Positions 1-10,990 are shown, counted from the first letter of the stretch. The stretch is 64,000 nucleotides of DNA from Escherichia coli (GCF_002854065.1 NZ_CP024147.1); one strand, 5' to 3'. A program made the numbers and translations. The notes: a model not told the origin generated them from the letters alone.

Positions 1-187
1 TCAGCGCCTGAAAGCACGCGGCGTGCTGATGGTGCCGGGGCACAACTTCTTCCCAGGGCTGGATAAACCGTGGCCGCATACGCATCAATGTATGCGCATG
101 AACTACGTACCAGAGCCGGAGAAAATTGAGGCGGGGGTGAAGATTCTGGCGGAAGAGATAGAAAGAGCCTGGGCTGAAAGTCACTAA
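1..187 (+). CDS. avtA: valine-pyruvate aminotransferase, 3' end only (gene starts before the window)
   Basis: Open frame from position 2 to TAA at 185-187; C-terminal peptide ...NYVPEPEKIEAGVKILAEEIERAWAESH; position beside ysaA fits the E. coli gene order as I recall it. Confidence 0.7.
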   Translation, partial: QRLKARGVLMVPGHNFFPGLDKPWPHTHQCMRMNYVPEPEKIEAGVKILAEEIERAWAESH

Positions 188-192
188 AAATT

Positions 193-290
193 GCCTGATG
201 CGCTACGCTTATCAGGCCTACATGAGTTCTGCAATATATTGAATTTGGAAGAATTTGTAGGCCGGATAAGGCGTTTACGCCGCATCTGGC
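193..290. repeat. REP/BIME extragenic palindromes
   Basis: gcctgatgcgctacgcttatcaggcctac and inverted partner gtaggccggataaggcgtttacgccgcatc; the same motif recurs elsewhere in the window. Confidence 0.7.
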
Positions 291-337
291 ATAAACAAAG
301 CGCACTATTCCGGCGTTTAGAAACGCTGGAAAACGTT

Positions 338-817
338 TCAAACAGGCTGCTGCCGTAGCCGATGCCGCTGCACTTTCTCGACATCCATGCACTGCAACGC
401 CTTTGTCGGGCAGGCTTCAACACAGGCCGGTCCCGTCGCCCGATGCCAGCACAGATCGCACTTAATCGCCCTCGCCTTTTTGCGCGAAGAAACGACCTCC
501 ATCGCACCAAACGGGCAAGCCAGCATACAGCTTTTACAGCCAATGCAACGTGTTTGTTCAACGAAAATATGCCCATGTTCGCGGCTTATCGCGTCAACAG
601 GGCAGACATTCGCGCACGGTGCATCTTCACACTGATGACAGGCTACTGCCGTGGTCCAGCTGTGGTCTTTAATGACACGAATACGGGAAATAAACTCGTC
701 TGGTGACAACGCAGCGCAATCCTGATTCTCCTGATGCGACACTGCGCAAGCCACTTCACAGGTACGGCAACCGATACATTTCGTCGCATCCGCAATAATA
801 AACCGGTTCATGATCAC
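338..817 (-). CDS. ysaA: 4Fe-4S ferredoxin-type protein
   Basis: 159-aa ORF with repeated CxxCxxCxxxCP cysteine clusters (CIGCRTCEVAC, CHQCEDAPCANVCP, CIGCKSCMLACP, CDLC...CVEACP). Confidence 0.85.
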   Translation of the reverse strand: MIMNRFIIADATKCIGCRTCEVACAVSHQENQDCAALSPDEFISRIRVIKDHSWTTAVACHQCEDAPCANVCPVDAISREHGHIFVEQTRCIGCKSCMLACPFGAMEVVSSRKKARAIKCDLCWHRATGPACVEACPTKALQCMDVEKVQRHRLRQQPV

Positions 818-912
818 TCCTTTGCACTAAAACAGCAGAGTGCCAGAGAGCGCGTCCCTACTGCTTTGATCCAACGAAGGAAATGTTAAAGTTTTGGCAC
901 TTGTCCAAAGCG

Positions 913-1053
913 TTATGTGATCGCGCCCAGGTCATCCCTGACAGTAAATCCCAGTTCATTAGAAATAGCCTGCGCGGTTTCACGCAGTGGTTTCAGGAGA
1001 TTTTTCTCCCCCACCTGTTTCAGACGTGATGTCGAAAGCGAAATCGACACGGC
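913..1053 (-). pseudogene. 3' remnant of an IclR-family regulator gene, plausibly yiaJ
   Basis: Minus-strand translation gives AVSISLSTSRLKQVGEKNLLKPLRETAQAISNELGFTVRDDLGAIT*, the typical IclR-family C-terminus (xISISxPSSRL...ISxxLG). The frame has no start and breaks at about 1053, next to the stop of the AraC gene. Confidence 0.45.
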
Positions 1054-1054
1054 A

Positions 1055-1870
1055 CTACGAATTGATATGTTCCTTGCTGTAACGCCGCTTCCACGCTGCT
1101 GGCGTTAAACCGGTGTGTTTGCGAAAAATCTGCCGGAAATAGCCAACGTCATTAAACCCGCACAACGCCGCCACTTCCGTGAGCGATCGCGCTTCGCTAA
1201 TTAACAGCTTTTCGGCTTCGCGCACCCGCTGGCGATGGATTGCTTCTGTTAACGTCAGATGAAACACCCGCCGGTAGACGCGCCCAAGATAATCGGCATT
1301 GCAGTACAGCTCGCGGGCCAGAAGCGCCGTAGAAAGCGGGCGATGATATTGCGTGCGGATCAGTTTCTGCGCTTTCCAGGCAAGGGTGGTGCCTGCGCCA
1401 TCGGCCTGTTCATCAAGACGCGCGTCACGGGTGAGCTGCTGCAAAATGAGCAGCACAATAAACTCCAGCGCCGGAGTGCGTTGATGCTTTTCCTGTTCGC
1501 TTAAGAACTGGCGAAACAGGGCCACCAGCGCCTGCGGATCGACAACCTTCGTTTGTTGCGGCACGCTAAGATGAGTAAGCCAGCGAGGGTCGTTGTCCGG
1601 CGCTTTAACCTCAAAATGCAGCCAGTAAAATTTGAGATCGGCGGGAAAATCCTCCACCCCAACATGTTGTCGGTTCGGCCAGAGTAATAAACTCTCTCCC
1701 GCATCGACCAGAAATATCCGTTCTTCTTCCTGAATCGTTAATCGACCTTTTTCGACAAAGATAATTTCCCATGACTCCAGCCGCCTTGCAGGATGCCTCC
1801 CTACGCCACGGGAAATAAATAATCCACCATTTTGCACTTTAATCGGTAACGTCATGGATAATTCGAGCAT
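1055..1870 (-). CDS. AraC/XylS-family transcriptional regulator
   Basis: 271-aa ORF; C-terminal half has the double helix-turn-helix AraC signature (...AALCGFNDVGYFRQIFRKHTGLTPAAWKRR); divergent from the transporter gene. Start could be the ATG at 1870 or 1855. Confidence 0.8.
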   Translation of the reverse strand: MLELSMTLPIKVQNGGLFISRGVGRHPARRLESWEIIFVEKGRLTIQEEERIFLVDAGESLLLWPNRQHVGVEDFPADLKFYWLHFEVKAPDNDPRWLTHLSVPQQTKVVDPQALVALFRQFLSEQEKHQRTPALEFIVLLILQQLTRDARLDEQADGAGTTLAWKAQKLIRTQYHRPLSTALLARELYCNADYLGRVYRRVFHLTLTEAIHRQRVREAEKLLISEARSLTEVAALCGFNDVGYFRQIFRKHTGLTPAAWKRRYSKEHINS

Positions 1871-1893
1871 TGATATGTAATTTCCCGCTTATT

Positions 1894-1943
1894 CATTAAT
1901 GATTAAACACATTACCTTTTGATTATTAATCAAAAACATTAAT
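1894..1943. promoter_or_regulatory. candidate AraC-type operator: two direct repeats in the divergent promoter region
   Basis: ATTAATGATTAAACACATTA (1894-1914) and ATTAATCAAAAACATTAAT (1925-1943) are similar direct repeats about 31 bp apart between the regulator and the transporter gene. Confidence 0.3.
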
Positions 1944-2095
1944 TTCACCTGATCTATTTCACACTTTTAAATTCAGGTCGGAATCGTCACCTTTTTTTAC
2001 TCTTTTCTCGCCTTGTTGATATTCCCGTTCACGGCAGAATTAATCAGGTCATTTCAATAAAACTAAAAATTGCTCCCTATTCACGAGGAATATCT

Positions 2096-3496
2096 ATGAC
2101 CTCTACACCGATTACTACCGCTGATATCGCTAAAGGTAAAATTGACGATGCGTTATCTGTACGGGAAAAAATAGGCTACGGCCTGGGTGACGCAGGCGGC
2201 ACCGTAATAACTTGCCTGATCATGAATTTTCTCACCTTTTTCTACACCGACGTTTTTGGATTAACTCCGGCGCTGGTTGGCACGCTGTTTATTGCACTGC
2301 GCGTGTTTGATGCCATCTCCGACCCGGTGATGGGCGTCATTGCCGACCGGACGCAAAGTCGCTGGGGGCGCTTTCGTCCGTGGCAGCTATGGATTGCCAT
2401 TCCCATCGGCATTATCGGCATCCTGACGTTCACCGTGCCAGATGCCAGCATGGGAGTAAAAATCGCCTGGGCGTTCGGTACTTACCTGCTCCTTTCAGTC
2501 GGTTATACCGCCATCAACGTACCGTACTGCGCGCTGATCAACACCATGACCACCCGCCACAATGAAGTGATCTCCTGCCAGTCCTGGCGATTCGTTCTCT
2601 GTGGCGTAGCGGGATTTCTGGTTTCGGTAGGCTTACCGTGGATGGTAGATCTCTTCGGTCAGGGTAATGCCGCGCGCGGCTATCAATTGGGCGTCGGCGT
2701 GCTGTGCGCCATTGCCGTGGTGATGTTCCTGTGCTGTTTTTTCTGGGTTCGTGAACGGGTGCCACTCTCCACAATGGGGAAATTTACCCTGCGCGAACAT
2801 CTTGCCGGGCTGCGGAACAACGACCAACTGCTGCTGATGCTGGTCATGTCTTTCCTGCTGATTAACGTCTTTAACATTCGCGGCGGTGGGTATATGTACT
2901 TCATTACCTACGTCTTACAAGGCAGTACGGGCTACACGTCGCTGTTCTTCACCATGGTCACCTTCGCCTCCATTATCGGCTCGGTGATTGTCAGCCCGTT
3001 AACGCGGCGTTTCGATACCGTCAAAATTTACTACTACACCAACCTGCTCCTCGCTGCGCTGGCAGTGTTGATGTGGTTCCTGCCCTCCGGCCCGGCTTAT
3101 CAAACGCTGTGGCTGGCGGTGATCCTCGGTAATGGCGTAATTCTTGGCTTCACATTGCCACTGCACTTCTCATTGATGGCCTTTGCCGATGACTACGGCG
3201 AGTGGAAAACCCGCGTACGTTCTTCCGGCATGAACTTCGCCTTCAATCTGTTTTTCATCAAGCTGGCCTGGGCCTCCAGCGCCGGGATCATCAGCCTGCT
3301 GTTTATTTTTGTCGCCTACCAGCCTGGCGTGGAAAACCAGACCGCCAGTTCGCTTGGCGGGATCGCGGCGATGGAAACATTACTGCCTGCGCTATTCCAC
3401 CTGCTGCTGGCAGGGGCGATCCGCTTTTGCAAACTCAATCATCCTATGATGTCACGCATAGCTACCGACCTGCGTCAGCGTCATGTACAGCCTTAA
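2096..3496 (+). CDS. GPH-family (glycoside-pentoside-hexuronide:cation symporter) MFS sugar transporter
   Basis: 466-aa ORF, hydrophobic throughout; N-terminal GYGLGDAGG...[21 protein letters not shown] motif is typical of MelB/YicJ-type symporters. Confidence 0.85.
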   Translation: MTSTPITTADIAKGKIDDALSVREKIGYGLGDAGGTVITCLIMNFLTFFYTDVFGLTPALVGTLFIALRVFDAISDPVMGVIADRTQSRWGRFRPWQLWIAIPIGIIGILTFTVPDASMGVKIAWAFGTYLLLSVGYTAINVPYCALINTMTTRHNEVISCQSWRFVLCGVAGFLVSVGLPWMVDLFGQGNAARGYQLGVGVLCAIAVVMFLCCFFWVRERVPLSTMGKFTLREHLAGLRNNDQLLLMLVMSFLLINVFNIRGGGYMYFITYVLQGSTGYTSLFFTMVTFASIIGSVIVSPLTRRFDTVKIYYYTNLLLAALAVLMWFLPSGPAYQTLWLAVILGNGVILGFTLPLHFSLMAFADDYGEWKTRVRSSGMNFAFNLFFIKLAWASSAGIISLLFIFVAYQPGVENQTASSLGGIAAMETLLPALFHLLLAGAIRFCKLNHPMMSRIATDLRQRHVQP

Positions 3497-3506
3497 GGAG
3501 CACAAG

Positions 3507-5477
3507 ATGAACATTTCGGAAGTCGATCTGCATAAACTGACGGTCAGCGATCCGTTCCTCGGTCAGTACCAACAACTGGTCCGCGACGTGGTGATTCCTT
3601 ATCAGTGGGATGCTTTGAACGATCGTATCCCAGAAGCGGAACCCAGCCATGCGATTGAAAACTTTCGCATTGCCGCCGGACTTCAGGAGGGTGAATTTTA
3701 CGGGATGGTGTTTCAGGACAGCGACGTCGCCAAATGGCTGGAAGCAGTAGCCTGGTCGCTGTGCCAGAAGCCGGACGCCGAACTGGAAAAAACCGCCGAC
3801 GAGGTGATTGAACTGGTCGCCTCCGCCCAGTGCGAAGACGGCTATCTCAATACTTACTTTACGGTAAAAGCACCCGAAGAACGCTGGAGCAATCTGGCGG
3901 AGTGTCATGAACTTTACTGCGCAGGTCATCTGATTGAAGCCGGAGTCGCCTTCTTCCAGGCCACGGGAAAACGGCGCTTGCTGGGGGTCGTTTGCCGCCT
4001 GGCCGATCATATCGACAGCGTATTTGGTCCAGATGAAAGTAAGTTACACGGTTATCCTGGTCACCCGGAAATTGAACTGGCACTAATGCGCCTGTATGAA
4101 GTGACTGAAGAGCCGCGCTACCTGGCGCTGACGAACTATTTTGTCGAACAGCGTGGTGCGCAACCGCACTATTACGACCAGGAATATGAAAAGCGCGGGC
4201 AGACATCGCACTGGCACACCTACGGCCCGGCATGGATGGTGAAAGACAAAGCCTACAGCCAGGCACATTTGCCCCTTGCGCAACAGCAAACCGCCATCGG
4301 TCACGCGGTACGTTTTGTCTATCTGATGACCGGCGTCGCGCATCTCGCGCGTTTAAGTCACGATGACAGCAAGCGTCAGGACTGCCTGCGGCTGTGGAAC
4401 AATATGGCCCAGCGTCAGTTATATATTACCGGCGGCATTGGCTCGCAAAGCAGCGGCGAAGCGTTCACTAGCGATTACGATCTGCCGAATGACACGGTAT
4501 ACGCTGAAAGTTGCGCCTCCATCGGCCTGATGATGTTTGCCCGACGAATGCTGGAAATGGAAGGCGACAGTCAATATGCCGATGTGATGGAGCGCGCACT
4601 GTACAACACCGTGCTCGGCGGCATGGCGCTGGATGGCAAACATTTCTTCTATGTGAATCCGCTGGAAGTACATCCAAAATCGCTGAAATTCAACCATATC
4701 TACGATCACGTTAAACCGATCCGCCAGCGTTGGTTTGGCTGCGCTTGTTGTCCGCCAAATATCGCCCGCGTGCTGACCTCGATTGGTCATTATCTCTACA
4801 CGCCGCGTGAAGATGCGTTGTATATCAACATATACGCAGGAAACAGCATGGAAGTGCCGGTAGAAAATGGCACGCTGCGCCTGCGGGTTAGCGGGAACTA
4901 TCCGTGGCAGGAGCAGGTGACGATTGCGGTTGAATCGCCCCAGCCGGTACGTCATACGCTGGCTTTACGTCTGCCGGACTGGTGCACACAGCCGCAGATC
5001 ATATTGAATGGGGAAGAGGTCGAGCAGGATATTCGTAAAGGGTATTTGCACATTACCCGCGAATGGCAGGAGGGCGATACGCTGAATCTGACTTTGCCGA
5101 TGCCGGTACGCCGCGTTTACGGTAACCCGCTGGTGCGTCACGTCGCCGGAAAAGTGGCGATTCAGCGCGGCCCGCTGGTGTATTGCCTGGAACAGGCCGA
5201 CAACGGCGAGTCACTGCATAATCTGTGGCTGCCCACCGATGCGCCATTTACGACATTTGAAGGCAAGGGATTGTTTAGCCATAAGATCTTAATCCAGGCA
5301 CCGGGTTACCGGTATGAACAGAGCAATCCAGAGCAGCAACCGCTGTGGCATTACGACAGCGCGCCAGCCAAACGCCAGACGCAAACTCTGACCTTTATCC
5401 CATGGTTTAGCTGGGCCAACCGGGGTGAAGGCGAAATGCGGATCTGGGTGAATGAGGAAAAGCATTGCCATCCGTAG
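3507..5477 (+). CDS. glycoside hydrolase family 127 (DUF1680, beta-L-arabinofuranosidase-like)
   Basis: Start set at ATG 3507, preceded by AAGGAG; 656 aa; Cys-rich WFGCACCPPN motif resembles the GH127 catalytic/zinc site; lies 10 bp after the transporter stop, so probably co-transcribed. Confidence 0.75.
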   Translation: MNISEVDLHKLTVSDPFLGQYQQLVRDVVIPYQWDALNDRIPEAEPSHAIENFRIAAGLQEGEFYGMVFQDSDVAKWLEAVAWSLCQKPDAELEKTADEVIELVASAQCEDGYLNTYFTVKAPEERWSNLAECHELYCAGHLIEAGVAFFQATGKRRLLGVVCRLADHIDSVFGPDESKLHGYPGHPEIELALMRLYEVTEEPRYLALTNYFVEQRGAQPHYYDQEYEKRGQTSHWHTYGPAWMVKDKAYSQAHLPLAQQQTAIGHAVRFVYLMTGVAHLARLSHDDSKRQDCLRLWNNMAQRQLYITGGIGSQSSGEAFTSDYDLPNDTVYAESCASIGLMMFARRMLEMEGDSQYADVMERALYNTVLGGMALDGKHFFYVNPLEVHPKSLKFNHIYDHVKPIRQRWFGCACCPPNIARVLTSIGHYLYTPREDALYINIYAGNSMEVPVENGTLRLRVSGNYPWQEQVTIAVESPQPVRHTLALRLPDWCTQPQIILNGEEVEQDIRKGYLHITREWQEGDTLNLTLPMPVRRVYGNPLVRHVAGKVAIQRGPLVYCLEQADNGESLHNLWLPTDAPFTTFEGKGLFSHKILIQAPGYRYEQSNPEQQPLWHYDSAPAKRQTQTLTFIPWFSWANRGEGEMRIWVNEEKHCHP

Positions 5478-5479
5478 GT

Positions 5480-5600
5480 TGGATAAGGCACTCGCGCCGC
5501 ATCCAACGTAAGGAGCACATTGCCTGATGCGACGCTTAACACGTCTTATCAGGCATACAAGTCGGTGCGAGAGCGTAGGCCAGCCGCACCGACATCCACC
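5480..5600. repeat. REP-like extragenic palindromes
   Basis: gttggataaggcactcgcgccgcatccaac and cctgatgcgacgcttaacacgtcttatcagg between two convergent genes. Confidence 0.55.
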
Positions 5601-5606
5601 GGTGAA

Positions 5607-6347
5607 TTAAAAACGCCAGCTCACGCCGGTGACAAAGGTAAAACTCTCATTACGATCAATCATCGGGCTGTCGGTAATCTCTTCCGGCAGCTCGCTGTAT
5701 CCGGCGCTCGCCATCAATACGACGTGCTCTCCTATCGGGTATTTTGCCGTCAGGCTGACATAGGGCACCCAGGCATCCTGCGCGGAATAACTTGCCAGAC
5801 CGCTACGACGGGACTCACTCTCTGAAATGCCATAGTAATAGTCACTGAAATTCTCGTCATAATAGAGAACGCCCAGCGCAGGTGTCAGCGACAGACGACC
5901 TATCTGCATTTTGTGGAATACCGATAGCTCCCCCACCCAGCCGTTGCTGTTATCCAGAACGTCCGCAGCTGCAGAGGCTTTCACGGTTCCCCAACGCTCG
6001 TGGTGATACCAGGCAACCCCCGCCATAGCCGTACTATCACGCTTATCAAGCTGTTGCATGGCATAATCGTCATTATCGGCAGGGTCAAATTCCAGCGGCA
6101 TCCAGGATGCGGTCAGGCTAAGTTCATTTTTTTCACTTTGCGACAGAATAAAACCTAACGTGGTCTGACGAACATAAAAAGAATCACCTTCATAACTAAT
6201 CAGGGGAATTGCCTTTGTATTTTCATTATAACCGCGATAAGGCGATTCATTATAAGCCGCACCAGCACCAATGGATAATTCAGAAGCAGTTGCGCTTGCC
6301 ATAAAAGGCAACGCAAATAACGCCACAATATTGCGGTTAATTAACAT
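5607..6347 (-). CDS. yiaT: MipA/OmpV-family outer membrane protein
   Basis: 246-aa ORF with signal peptide (MLINRNIVALFALPFMASATA) and C-terminal aromatic residue (…SWRF). Confidence 0.85.
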   Translation of the reverse strand: MLINRNIVALFALPFMASATASELSIGAGAAYNESPYRGYNENTKAIPLISYEGDSFYVRQTTLGFILSQSEKNELSLTASWMPLEFDPADNDDYAMQQLDKRDSTAMAGVAWYHHERWGTVKASAAADVLDNSNGWVGELSVFHKMQIGRLSLTPALGVLYYDENFSDYYYGISESESRRSGLASYSAQDAWVPYVSLTAKYPIGEHVVLMASAGYSELPEEITDSPMIDRNESFTFVTGVSWRF

Positions 6348-6470
6348 GTCCGGTATTCCATTTTAAAATAAGATAAAAAAGAGTCGGCATAGTAATGCTT
6401 ACAATTTCTCCGGTGCAAGATTCATATTTATATAGTAATATATAAAATTATATATAATTGGGCTGTTGCG

Positions 6471-7445
6471 ATGACAAAATTACAACTTAAGTACCGGGAG
6501 TTAAAAATTATCTCGGTAATCGCTGCCAGTGAAAATATCAGCCATGCTGCGACTGTACTTGGCATCGCACAGGCCAACGTCAGCAAATACCTTGCTGATT
6601 TTGAATCAAAAGTGGGTTTAAAAGTCTTTGACCGAACCACCCGGCAGCTGATGCTCACACCTTTTGGTACCGCGCTGTTACCGTACATCAACGACATGCT
6701 GGACAGAAACGAGCAGCTTAATAATTTTATTGCAGATTATAAGCATGAGAAACGTGGTCGGGTCACCATCTACGCCCCAACCGGCATAATTACCTATTTA
6801 TCCAAACATGTAATCGATAAAATTAAAGATATCGGTGATATAACCTTATCGCTAAAAACCTGCAATCTTGAGCGTAATGCCTTTTATGAAGGCGTCGAAT
6901 TTCCTGATGATTGTGATGTTTTAATCAGCTACGCTCCACCAAAAGATGAATCGCTGGTTGCCAGTTTTATTACACAATATGCCGTAACCGCTTATGCCAG
7001 CCAGCGCTATCTTGAGAAACATCCTATTAGCCGTCCTGACGAACTCGAACATCACTCCTGTATTTTGATCGACTCGATGATGATCGACGACGCGAATATC
7101 TGGCGCTTCAACGTCGCCGGGAGTAAAGAGGTGCGGGATTATCGCGTGAAGGGAAATTACGTTTGCGACAACACGCAATCTGCGCTGGAGCTGGCACGAA
7201 ATCACCTGGGGATTGTGTTTGCGCCAGACAAAAGTGTGCAGAGAGATCTGCAAGACGGCACGCTGGTGCCCTGCTTTCAGCACCCGTATGAATGGTGGCT
7301 GGATCTGGTGGCTATCTTCCGTAAACGGGAATACCAGCCCTGGCGGGTCCAGTATGTGCTGGATGAAATGCTGCGTGAAATTCGCCACCAGCTTGCTCAG
7401 TCGCAGCAACTGCGGCCTGAACAAGCGGCGGAAAGCGAAGATTAA
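6471..7445 (+). CDS. yiaU: LysR-family transcriptional regulator
   Basis: 324-aa ORF; N-terminal HTH ([23 protein letters not shown]); divergent from yiaT. Confidence 0.85.
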   Translation: MTKLQLKYRELKIISVIAASENISHAATVLGIAQANVSKYLADFESKVGLKVFDRTTRQLMLTPFGTALLPYINDMLDRNEQLNNFIADYKHEKRGRVTIYAPTGIITYLSKHVIDKIKDIGDITLSLKTCNLERNAFYEGVEFPDDCDVLISYAPPKDESLVASFITQYAVTAYASQRYLEKHPISRPDELEHHSCILIDSMMIDDANIWRFNVAGSKEVRDYRVKGNYVCDNTQSALELARNHLGIVFAPDKSVQRDLQDGTLVPCFQHPYEWWLDLVAIFRKREYQPWRVQYVLDEMLREIRHQLAQSQQLRPEQAAESED

Positions 7446-8578
7446 TGATCGAGATAAAGGTAATGCACCCAGCTGGTCATGCGTAATAACACTTTGCGCA
7501 TCACCGAGACATGGCTGAAATGATCAGAGTAGACCGCCACCTGGGCGTAAATACCGTCTGGTAAAGCGCTCAAATCAGTGTGCTCATTCAGTTCAATGGT
7601 CGCGATAACGCCATCTGAACCCGGCGCTGTGTTTAACGTCTGTAAGGTGCCGGTCGACTGATAAGCTCCGCCGGGAACGGCTGGACTAATGGCTGCCAGC
7701 TTACCGCTGAATACCTTACCTGGCAGAGCATTAAACACCACTTCCGCATCGTCGCCAGGGGCCAGTCGCAGCAAGGAGTTCTGACGGAACTGCGCCACAA
7801 TTTGTCGTTTCTGATCGGGTATAAACACCATCACCGGACGTAGCGGCAGCGACGCGGCATAGGTACCCGGACGAATCAGTACCTGGGTCACATAACCATC
7901 GCTCGGCGCACGCACTATCGTCTGCTCAAGGTTATATTTTGCTTCCGCGAGCTGCGCTTTCAGGCTGGCGATTTGAGAATGTTCACCCAACACCAGGCTA
8001 TCCAGCTGGCTCTGGATCTGTTTTTGTTCCGCCGCCGATGACTTCACGGAGGCTTCCTGCGCCAGATAATTTTGCCGCGCCACATCGATATCGCGTTCTG
8101 AAAACGGGTTTACTTTCGCCTGGCTGCCGCGTGCGTAACGCTGATACTCTTTAGCGAATTTATCCCGCGTGGCCTTTGCCTGCTGAGTATTCGCCGCCAT
8201 CTCATCTAACTCTGCGCCCAACGCCCGCTGTTTATGTTCTGCGGTAACGATATCCGCCATCAGCCGATCCACCTGCGCCTGATAACGCGTCGGGTCCAGT
8301 CGAAATAGCACCTCACCTTTTTTAATTAGCGTATTTTTCTTGTCCGTCACTTCGATCACCACGCCTGTCACCTGCGGGACAACAGGAATAGAAATAACCG
8401 CTTTTTGCGCTTTAAAGGTATACGGATGGTTATAGTTCATTAACAGAATTAAACCGCTGACAATAAATATTCCACCCAGGGCCGCGGTGGGAATGGTCCA
8501 TTTATTTACAGGAATTTTGAAGATCTTAAACATTGCCCATGCGAAAGCCACATAGGTCAAAATAATCAGTAAATCCAT
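7442..8578 (-). CDS. yiaV: HlyD-family membrane fusion / periplasmic adaptor protein
   Basis: 378-aa ORF; N-terminal TM anchor then coiled-coil-rich region; about 75-80% identical by eye to the ORF at 17841-18977. Confidence 0.85.
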   Translation of the reverse strand: MDLLIILTYVAFAWAMFKIFKIPVNKWTIPTAALGGIFIVSGLILLMNYNHPYTFKAQKAVISIPVVPQVTGVVIEVTDKKNTLIKKGEVLFRLDPTRYQAQVDRLMADIVTAEHKQRALGAELDEMAANTQQAKATRDKFAKEYQRYARGSQAKVNPFSERDIDVARQNYLAQEASVKSSAAEQKQIQSQLDSLVLGEHSQIASLKAQLAEAKYNLEQTIVRAPSDGYVTQVLIRPGTYAASLPLRPVMVFIPDQKRQIVAQFRQNSLLRLAPGDDAEVVFNALPGKVFSGKLAAISPAVPGGAYQSTGTLQTLNTAPGSDGVIATIELNEHTDLSALPDGIYAQVAVYSDHFSHVSVMRKVLLRMTSWVHYLYLDH

Positions 8579-8583
8579 AAGTA

Positions 8584-8907
8584 TTACTCGGCAGAAGAGG
8601 ATTTGATGTCAGCGAGCTGTTTCTCCAGCCCAGCAATACGCTGTTGTAGTTGCACAACGGAGGAGTCATGGTTTTGCATTCCCCATCCCCGCTCCGGGCG
8701 GTAAAGCGTGGCCCAAATCCACAAAAATGGCCAGATAACATGCAGCGTAAAAAGACTCACCCAACCAGCAACATGAATGGCGTCGGCATGAGGATGATTA
8801 CGTTTTTTAGCAATCAGGTAGGGAATATCATGTAAAATAATAATCCCATAGAATATCACCAGAAATACAAAAATAAGCACTCCCAGTGCAAAATAGTCCA
8901 GGAACAT
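8584..8907 (-). CDS. yiaW: small inner-membrane protein (DUF3302)
   Basis: 107 aa from [17 protein letters not shown]...; 5 bp upstream of yiaV; paralogous to the ORF at 18980-19342. Confidence 0.8.
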   Translation of the reverse strand: MFLDYFALGVLIFVFLVIFYGIIILHDIPYLIAKKRNHPHADAIHVAGWVSLFTLHVIWPFLWIWATLYRPERGWGMQNHDSSVVQLQQRIAGLEKQLADIKSSSAE

Positions 8908-9338
8908 ATTTCCCTCAGAGAATATAAAAAAGAACAATTAACACATATTATGAAATGCCATGATGCAGTGCAATTTCCTTATTTATATAACGACATATTA
9001 TTTTTTATATACTTTCTGAAGTGTGCTGCGTGGCTTTTCAACAGGTCGAGGTTTATCATATTGAAATAATGGAACTATTGGCCAAATTTATGATTAAAAA
9101 CCGTAAAACATCCACAATGCAGATTAAGCGTATTAAACCTTCAATAATCTACCGTTTATTGCTGATTGTCCTCGGAATACCAATGGTGATTTACGGTCTG
9201 GTTTGCCCGCTCACCATCGAAACGCGAGATTAAACTCCTGGCAAAACACACCCCAGAAACGCACTTTTGTTGGCGTAGTCTGGGTTATTGCACACGTAGG
9301 TTTAAAACGTAAATTGTAACAACGTGCGCTTTGTTTAT

Positions 9339-9420
9339 GCCGGATGCGGCGTGTACGCCTTATCCGGCCTACGGTCAGGTCCCCGTAGGCATGATAAGAC
9401 GCGTAAGCGTCGCATCAGGC
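9339..9420. repeat. REP extragenic palindromes
   Basis: gccggatgcggcgtgtacgccttatccggcctac ... gacgcgtaagcgtcgcatcaggc downstream of aldB. Confidence 0.65.
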
Positions 9421-9451
9421 AATTAATACCCGATGCGACCAGCTTCTTACA

Positions 9452-10990
9452 TCAGAACAGCCCCAACGGTTTATCTGAGTAGCTCACCAGCAGGCACTTG
9501 GTTTGCTGGTAATGCTCCAGCATCATCTTGTGGGTTTCGCGTCCAATGCCTGATTGTTTGTAGCCGCCAAACGCCGCATGTGCCGGGTAAGCGTGATAAC
9601 AGTTGGTCCACACGCGCCCGGCCTGAATGCCGCGCCCCATCTTATAGGCCAGATTACCGTTGCGGCTCCAGACGCCTGCGCCCAGGCCATATTGCGTATC
9701 GTTCGCCAGCTCCAGCGCTTCTTCCATCGTTTTGAAGGTGGTCACCGCCAGCACCGGGCCAAAAATCTCTTCCTGGAACACCCGCATATTGTTCTGACCA
9801 AACAGAATCGTCGGTTCAAGGTAGTAGCCGTCTTTCAGTTCGCCTTCCAGCAGCTTGCGCCGCCCGCCGGTGAGCACGTCTGCGCCCTCTTTTTTACCGA
9901 TATCAATGTAGTTGAGGATGGTTTCCAGTTGCCCGTGAGAAACCTGCGCACCCATTTGCGTCACGCTGTCGAGTGGGTTACCGCTGCGAATGCTTTCGAC
10001 ACGGCGGATGGCGCGTTCCATAAAGCGTTCGTAGATTGACTCCTGCACTAAGGCACGACTCGGACAGGTGCAAACTTCGCCCTGGTTAAAGGCAAACAGT
10101 GCAAAGCCTTCCAGCGCTTTATCGAAAAAGGCATCTTCTTCATCCATCACATCAGCAAAGAAGATATTTGGCGACTTACCGCCCAACTCCAGCGTCACCG
10201 GAATAATGTTTTGCGTTGCGTATTGCATAATTTGTTGGCCCACTTCCGTTGAGCCGGTAAACGCCACTTTGGCGATGCGTTTCGAGGTCGCCAGATATTC
10301 GCCAATTTCCCCACCTGCGCCATTGACCACGTTCACCACGCCCGGCGGCAGTAAATCACCGACAATTTCCATTAGCAGCAGTACAGAAAGCGGGGTAAGA
10401 CGTGCGGGTTTCAGCACCACACAGTTGCCCGCCGCCAGCGCGGGAGCCATTTTCCAGCTCGCCATCAGCAGCGGGAAGTTCCACGGGATAATCTGCCCCA
10501 CCACGCCTAACGGTTCATGGAAATGATAGGCCACGGTTTCGCTATCAACTTCACTGATCCCACCTTCCTGCGCCCGAATACACGAGGCGAAATAGCGGAA
10601 ATGGTCAATCGCCAGCGGTACATCCGCAGCACTGGTTTCGCGAATGGGTTTGCCGTTATCCCAGGTTTCAGCTGTCGCTAACAGCTCGAGGTTTTGTTCC
10701 ATTCGATCGGCAATCTTAAACAGAATCGCCGCGCGATCCTGCACCGAGGTGTGCGCCCATTTATCTTTCACTTTGTGCGCAGCATCCAGCGCCAGATCGA
10801 TGTCTCGTTTGCCCGAAGACGCCACTTCGCACAGCAGCTGCCCGGTCACCGGCGTCAGGTTCTGGTAATACTCACCATCGGCAGGGGCTACCCATTCGCC
10901 GCCAATAAAGTTGTCATAGCGGTTTTTTAACTTGAGGGGGAAACCATACTCGCCGGGCTTAATCTGTGCTGAAGGGGGATTATTGGTCAT
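9452..10990 (-). CDS. aldB: NADP-dependent aldehyde dehydrogenase B
   Basis: Start set at ATG 10990 ([17 protein letters not shown]...), giving 512 aa; aldehyde dehydrogenase motifs (ELGGKSP, VCTCPSR); the track ORF over-extends upstream. Confidence 0.9.
   Translation of the reverse strand: MTNNPPSAQIKPGEYGFPLKLKNRYDNFIGGEWVAPADGEYYQNLTPVTGQLLCEVASSGKRDIDLALDAAHKVKDKWAHTSVQDRAAILFKIADRMEQNLELLATAETWDNGKPIRETSAADVPLAIDHFRYFASCIRAQEGGISEVDSETVAYHFHEPLGVVGQIIPWNFPLLMASWKMAPALAAGNCVVLKPARLTPLSVLLLMEIVGDLLPPGVVNVVNGAGGEIGEYLATSKRIAKVAFTGSTEVGQQIMQYATQNIIPVTLELGGKSPNIFFADVMDEEDAFFDKALEGFALFAFNQGEVCTCPSRALVQESIYERFMERAIRRVESIRSGNPLDSVTQMGAQVSHGQLETILNYIDIGKKEGADVLTGGRRKLLEGELKDGYYLEPTILFGQNNMRVFQEEIFGPVLAVTTFKTMEEALELANDTQYGLGAGVWSRNGNLAYKMGRGIQAGRVWTNCYHAYPAHAAFGGYKQSGIGRETHKMMLEHYQQTKCLLVSYSDKPLGLF

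Noticed and set aside
917-1108. 63-aa plus-strand ORF between ysaA and the AraC-family gene
   Set aside because: The opposite strand here encodes a clear IclR-family C-terminal remnant and the AraC stop; the plus-strand frame has no motif or ribosome-binding site.
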